DNA of 63,395 nt, counting the filler, from Octopus bimaculoides (lineage: Eukaryota): the NCBI RefSeq assembly GCF_001194135.2. It is 5 parts of 5 records of this genome, joined end to end, with 100 filler letters (N's around TTAATTAATTAA, not from the genome) between each part and the next. Parts side by side here need not be neighbours in the genome. Positions count along the whole stretch, not along the records: positions 58,660 to 63,395 come from NC_068986.1; 4 more parts are not named here. The stretch is one strand, 5' to 3'. A model generated the notes under the pieces. It was not told where the DNA came from. It worked only from the letters and a program-made list of their open reading frames with translations, and did no database searches. The position numbers and the translations under genes are program-made. The first letter of the stretch is position 1; each line of letters starts with the position of its first letter. Below are positions 59,976 through 63,395 of this stretch, in pieces.

Positions 59976-62314
59976 CGGCAATCTTAAAAGAAATTTCTAA
60001 CCTATTCCCATGATCTCAAATTTGGGCTAGGATGTCATTGTTCTTTATTTTGAGGTCTGACCGTTATTATACCTATATTTTACACTTCGCAATTAAGAAA
60101 AATAAAAATTTCTGTGTAGGTGTTTGAATCGGAATTCAAGTGAACGTGCGTAAATATTTGCAAGGTATTTGGCAGGTACTACGTGCATTTTGCTACAGAA
60201 CAAACCTGTTATTTTATGGAAGGAGTTATTCCTGCTGCCATTTATAATTTAATATATATTGAATGATTCCCCAAAAGGCGTGCCGCGAGAGGAGATAGGT
60301 GAGCCATGAAAATTATATAATTGTGTGGCAAACACTACTAAAAATACATGCGGAAATTCTTGATATAATAATAAAGCAGATATATAATTTTCTGTTCGTT
60401 TTTAAATATTCATCCTTGTCGGCAACGTTATATGAATAGCTTTTTATCAGATGCGATTTGGCATTATGTTCAAAGTGCAATAAACTATTTCTATTTGCTT
60501 TAAAATGTAAGAAAAGAAAAACGCGAGTAACAATTGGCTTAAGAACCGTTGTTGCATTCTATTGAAATACGTTTCAATAGGAAACTTGTTAGAGCTTCCA
60601 TAGCTAGCGAATTGTGAGTCAGTAATGAAAGTACAAGTATGTAATGTATGTATTTAGAGAGAAGCGGGAAGAGGAGGAAAAATGCGCTACAAATAATGAG
60701 CTAAAAGATTTTACAAAGAGAATCAGCAGTTTATGTTTTTCTTGCTGTGTCTGGTGAAATGTGTAAAACTCATGAAACGTAGACGTACCCCCACCACACC
60801 GCAACTGCTGAGGTTGATATATTTAATAACCTGTTCAATCAGAAATAAAGTTCGAAAGTAACCGGATTCGTTAGTGGAAAAAATTACTATTATAGCAATG
60901 TTTCTTATATTATCAGCCATAGACTGTGTGAAATCGTTATCTTGTGAGATATGGTCATAACCCTAATAAAACGGAAACAACTGTGTACATAAAATAAGAG
61001 CTTATCTAAAAGCATCGATGCGCATATGCATATATAAGATATATTTGTTTGCACATTTAACATTATTTCTAGCATAAGTGCTTATTTCGCAAACTATTCG
61101 CTAAATCAGTAAATATTTCATTCTTGAATTCTTTCCTTTATGTTTATTTGCTATATCTGTATGATTAAACAAATTGCAGTTCGAGGTACTCTTTTTCTGA
61201 TTGATTCGTTCTTGTTTAATCAACCCCGGCGAAAGAAAAGGCAATCTCGAAATTAAAACAAAAGAAATTTGAAGTAAAATCCTATCAGGATATAATTCAT
61301 TACTATAAAGCCTTTTGTCCAACACTCTCCACTGTATGCCTCTCTATCGGTTTTAATCATGTTTATATTAACAAAAATATTATGAAAACAATAAACAATA
61401 ATTCTTAATTTGTGCGTTTAATAGAAACAGTTTTACAATTAAAATGAAAGACAGAAACATAGAACTCAATAATTATTCTTACAAATACTCGTATATTTTC
61501 TGAAGAACACTGAGCATGAGAATTGTAAAGTAGCATTACAATAAATCATGGTATTTAATTAACTTATACTAATTACTTCATAGACTCTATAAAAACGAAG
61601 TTACAAATAATGTTTATAAAACTAGTGATAAATTATTTCCGAGAAACAAATATCACTTTGCTGTTTTATATACTTAAGCAGCAACAATCAAATGATTGAT
61701 GTTTTCACTTGAAACAGCTAATAACTTGCAAGTTATCTTCTTTTAATTTCACTTATAACGAAACTTTGAAGAAAGATTCTAATACCTTGTAACAAAGATA
61801 TTAGGCAATTTACTCATAAATTTGATTAAATTCAGCGAAAATACTAGCGAATTAAGACGGCTAGTTTTCATTCAGGAGGAAAAAAACAAAACAACTTAAA
61901 ACAAATAACTTGTCTCTCCATCTATCATTGACAACATTCATAACTTGCCATTTTATGTAGTGTTTATATTCCACGTAATTATTTCTTGCGGCTCAAAGAA
62001 ACATTCTTCAACATCGATAAACGATGATTTTGAAATTAATACACCCGAATCGAAATATATACCTAAAATTCTTATTAAAGCTACCATAGACTCTATTATA
62101 CACTCACATCTGAATCGAGAAATCAGATGACGTTCCCATTCAAGCCCCATTCAATTACTATTTTTTGGTTCAAATGATATTTAATATTTAGAGGTTTCTA
62201 CAAGGCAGAATAATTAGCACTCTGAATAAAAGGGTTAACAGCATTTCGGCCGTCTGAAATGTCTGAGCTCCAACTCCACCGAGGTCTACCTTGCATTTCA
62301 TCCCCTCTAGGTCG

Positions 62315-62516
62315 GGCGGTGAGCTGGCAGATCGTTAGCACGCCAGACGAAATTCTTAGCGGTATTTCGCCCGTCGCTACGTTCTGAGTTCAAATTACGC
62401 CGAGGTCGTCTTTGCCTTTTAATCCTTTCGGGGTCAATTAAATAAGTACCAGTTACGTACCGGGGTCGATCTAATCGACTGGCACCTCCCCTAAAATTTC
62501 AGTCCTTCTGCCTATA
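62315..62516 (+). mobile_element. SINE family A, young full-length copy preceded by a diverged partial copy
   Basis: ggcggtgagctggcagatcgttagc head, GAGTTCAAATT B box, complete body. Confidence 0.85.
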
Positions 62517-63395
62517 TATATATGAACAGGCCTGTTCAAAGTCAATGTTGAAGGATCAGCTACCAACAACAATAACTGAAACTGATATGGCCTCCAAAAG
62601 TTCACTATTTTCTTAGAGCAGACCAATTCCTTTAAGGACGCGGACTTTCATGCGTGTTGATTCATGAATACAGACTCGCTCTGTGTATATATATATATAT
62701 ATATATATGTATAATGTGTGTGTGTAGAGAGAGAGAGTGTGTGTGTGAGGCAGAAAGGTACATCATTCAAGACGATATTTTACTAAATAACTAACATAAT
62801 GTCGAATTATTCGTCGGTCACAATTGATTATATGGCATATATACATAAAATGAATGGCATACACATACGCGCGCACACACACACGAACACGCACACACAC
62901 ACATATATATATGAGACAGGATGTAATATATCGATATGATTAATGGTTTCACAGTCTATTTTTTCAAAAATGATTGAGCTATATTGAAACAGTAAGATAA
63001 AATTTACGTATTTTATAATAATCATATCTTAATTAAGCCATCACGTACGAACGGTGCCATATCTTTTTATTCATTTTTAATGAAGTTTAAATTTAGATTT
63101 TCTTCTTTGAGACTGCTCAGACATAGTGAAATTCGATTATTTGATTCTGTTGCATATTAACTATTAATTTATGATTTATTATCTTAATTAAATGTCGTTC
63201 TCGGCCCAGCTTTAAAAGTTATATATGCAGCCCGTGATTTTAGTTAATATATATTATTTAATGTGGAATTTTCAAAATATGTAATAAATATGTGTTATTC
63301 GTTGTATTCATTTGTATACATATATTACATATGAATATTAGCATGCTTATGTATATGTATAAATGCATATATATATATGCATAAAAGGGTGCATA

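Overview
This is AT-rich eukaryotic genomic DNA dense in microsatellites and SINEs. The repeat families and composition point to an octopus (coleoid cephalopod), which is an inference. The assembly is gappy: four artificial 100-bp joins (44 N + TTAATTAATTAA + 44 N) split the window into five separately assembled segments. Two host genes are supported, both on the minus strand and both incomplete here. (1) A lysosomal/prostatic-type histidine acid phosphatase (ACP2/ACPP-like) has eight GT-AG exons at 25002-14412 that splice in frame to 309 codons, with intact RHGDRSP, Arg and HD catalytic motifs; its first and last exons were not found. (2) A single canonical 110-bp nicotinic acetylcholine receptor exon lies at 37039-36930, and I could find no partner exons. 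There is also a frameshifted Acinus-like SAP-domain fragment fused to a 39-bp tandem array, a 107-bp minisatellite, a decayed mariner with both TIRs, remnants of RTE, R4/Dong-like and CR1/L2-like LINEs, piggyBac-type MITEs and many tRNA-derived SINEs (labelled A-D here for description only). Nearly all other ORFs in the track are microsatellite or N-run artefacts. I see no clear new multi-gene system. The best leads are the SAP-repeat chimera, a near-identical inverted repeat pair tightly flanking phosphatase exons 6-9 (circRNA/editing geometry), and the apparent nesting of the phosphatase inside the receptor gene, which may be a scaffolding artefact. Repeat boundaries are approximate and were read by eye.
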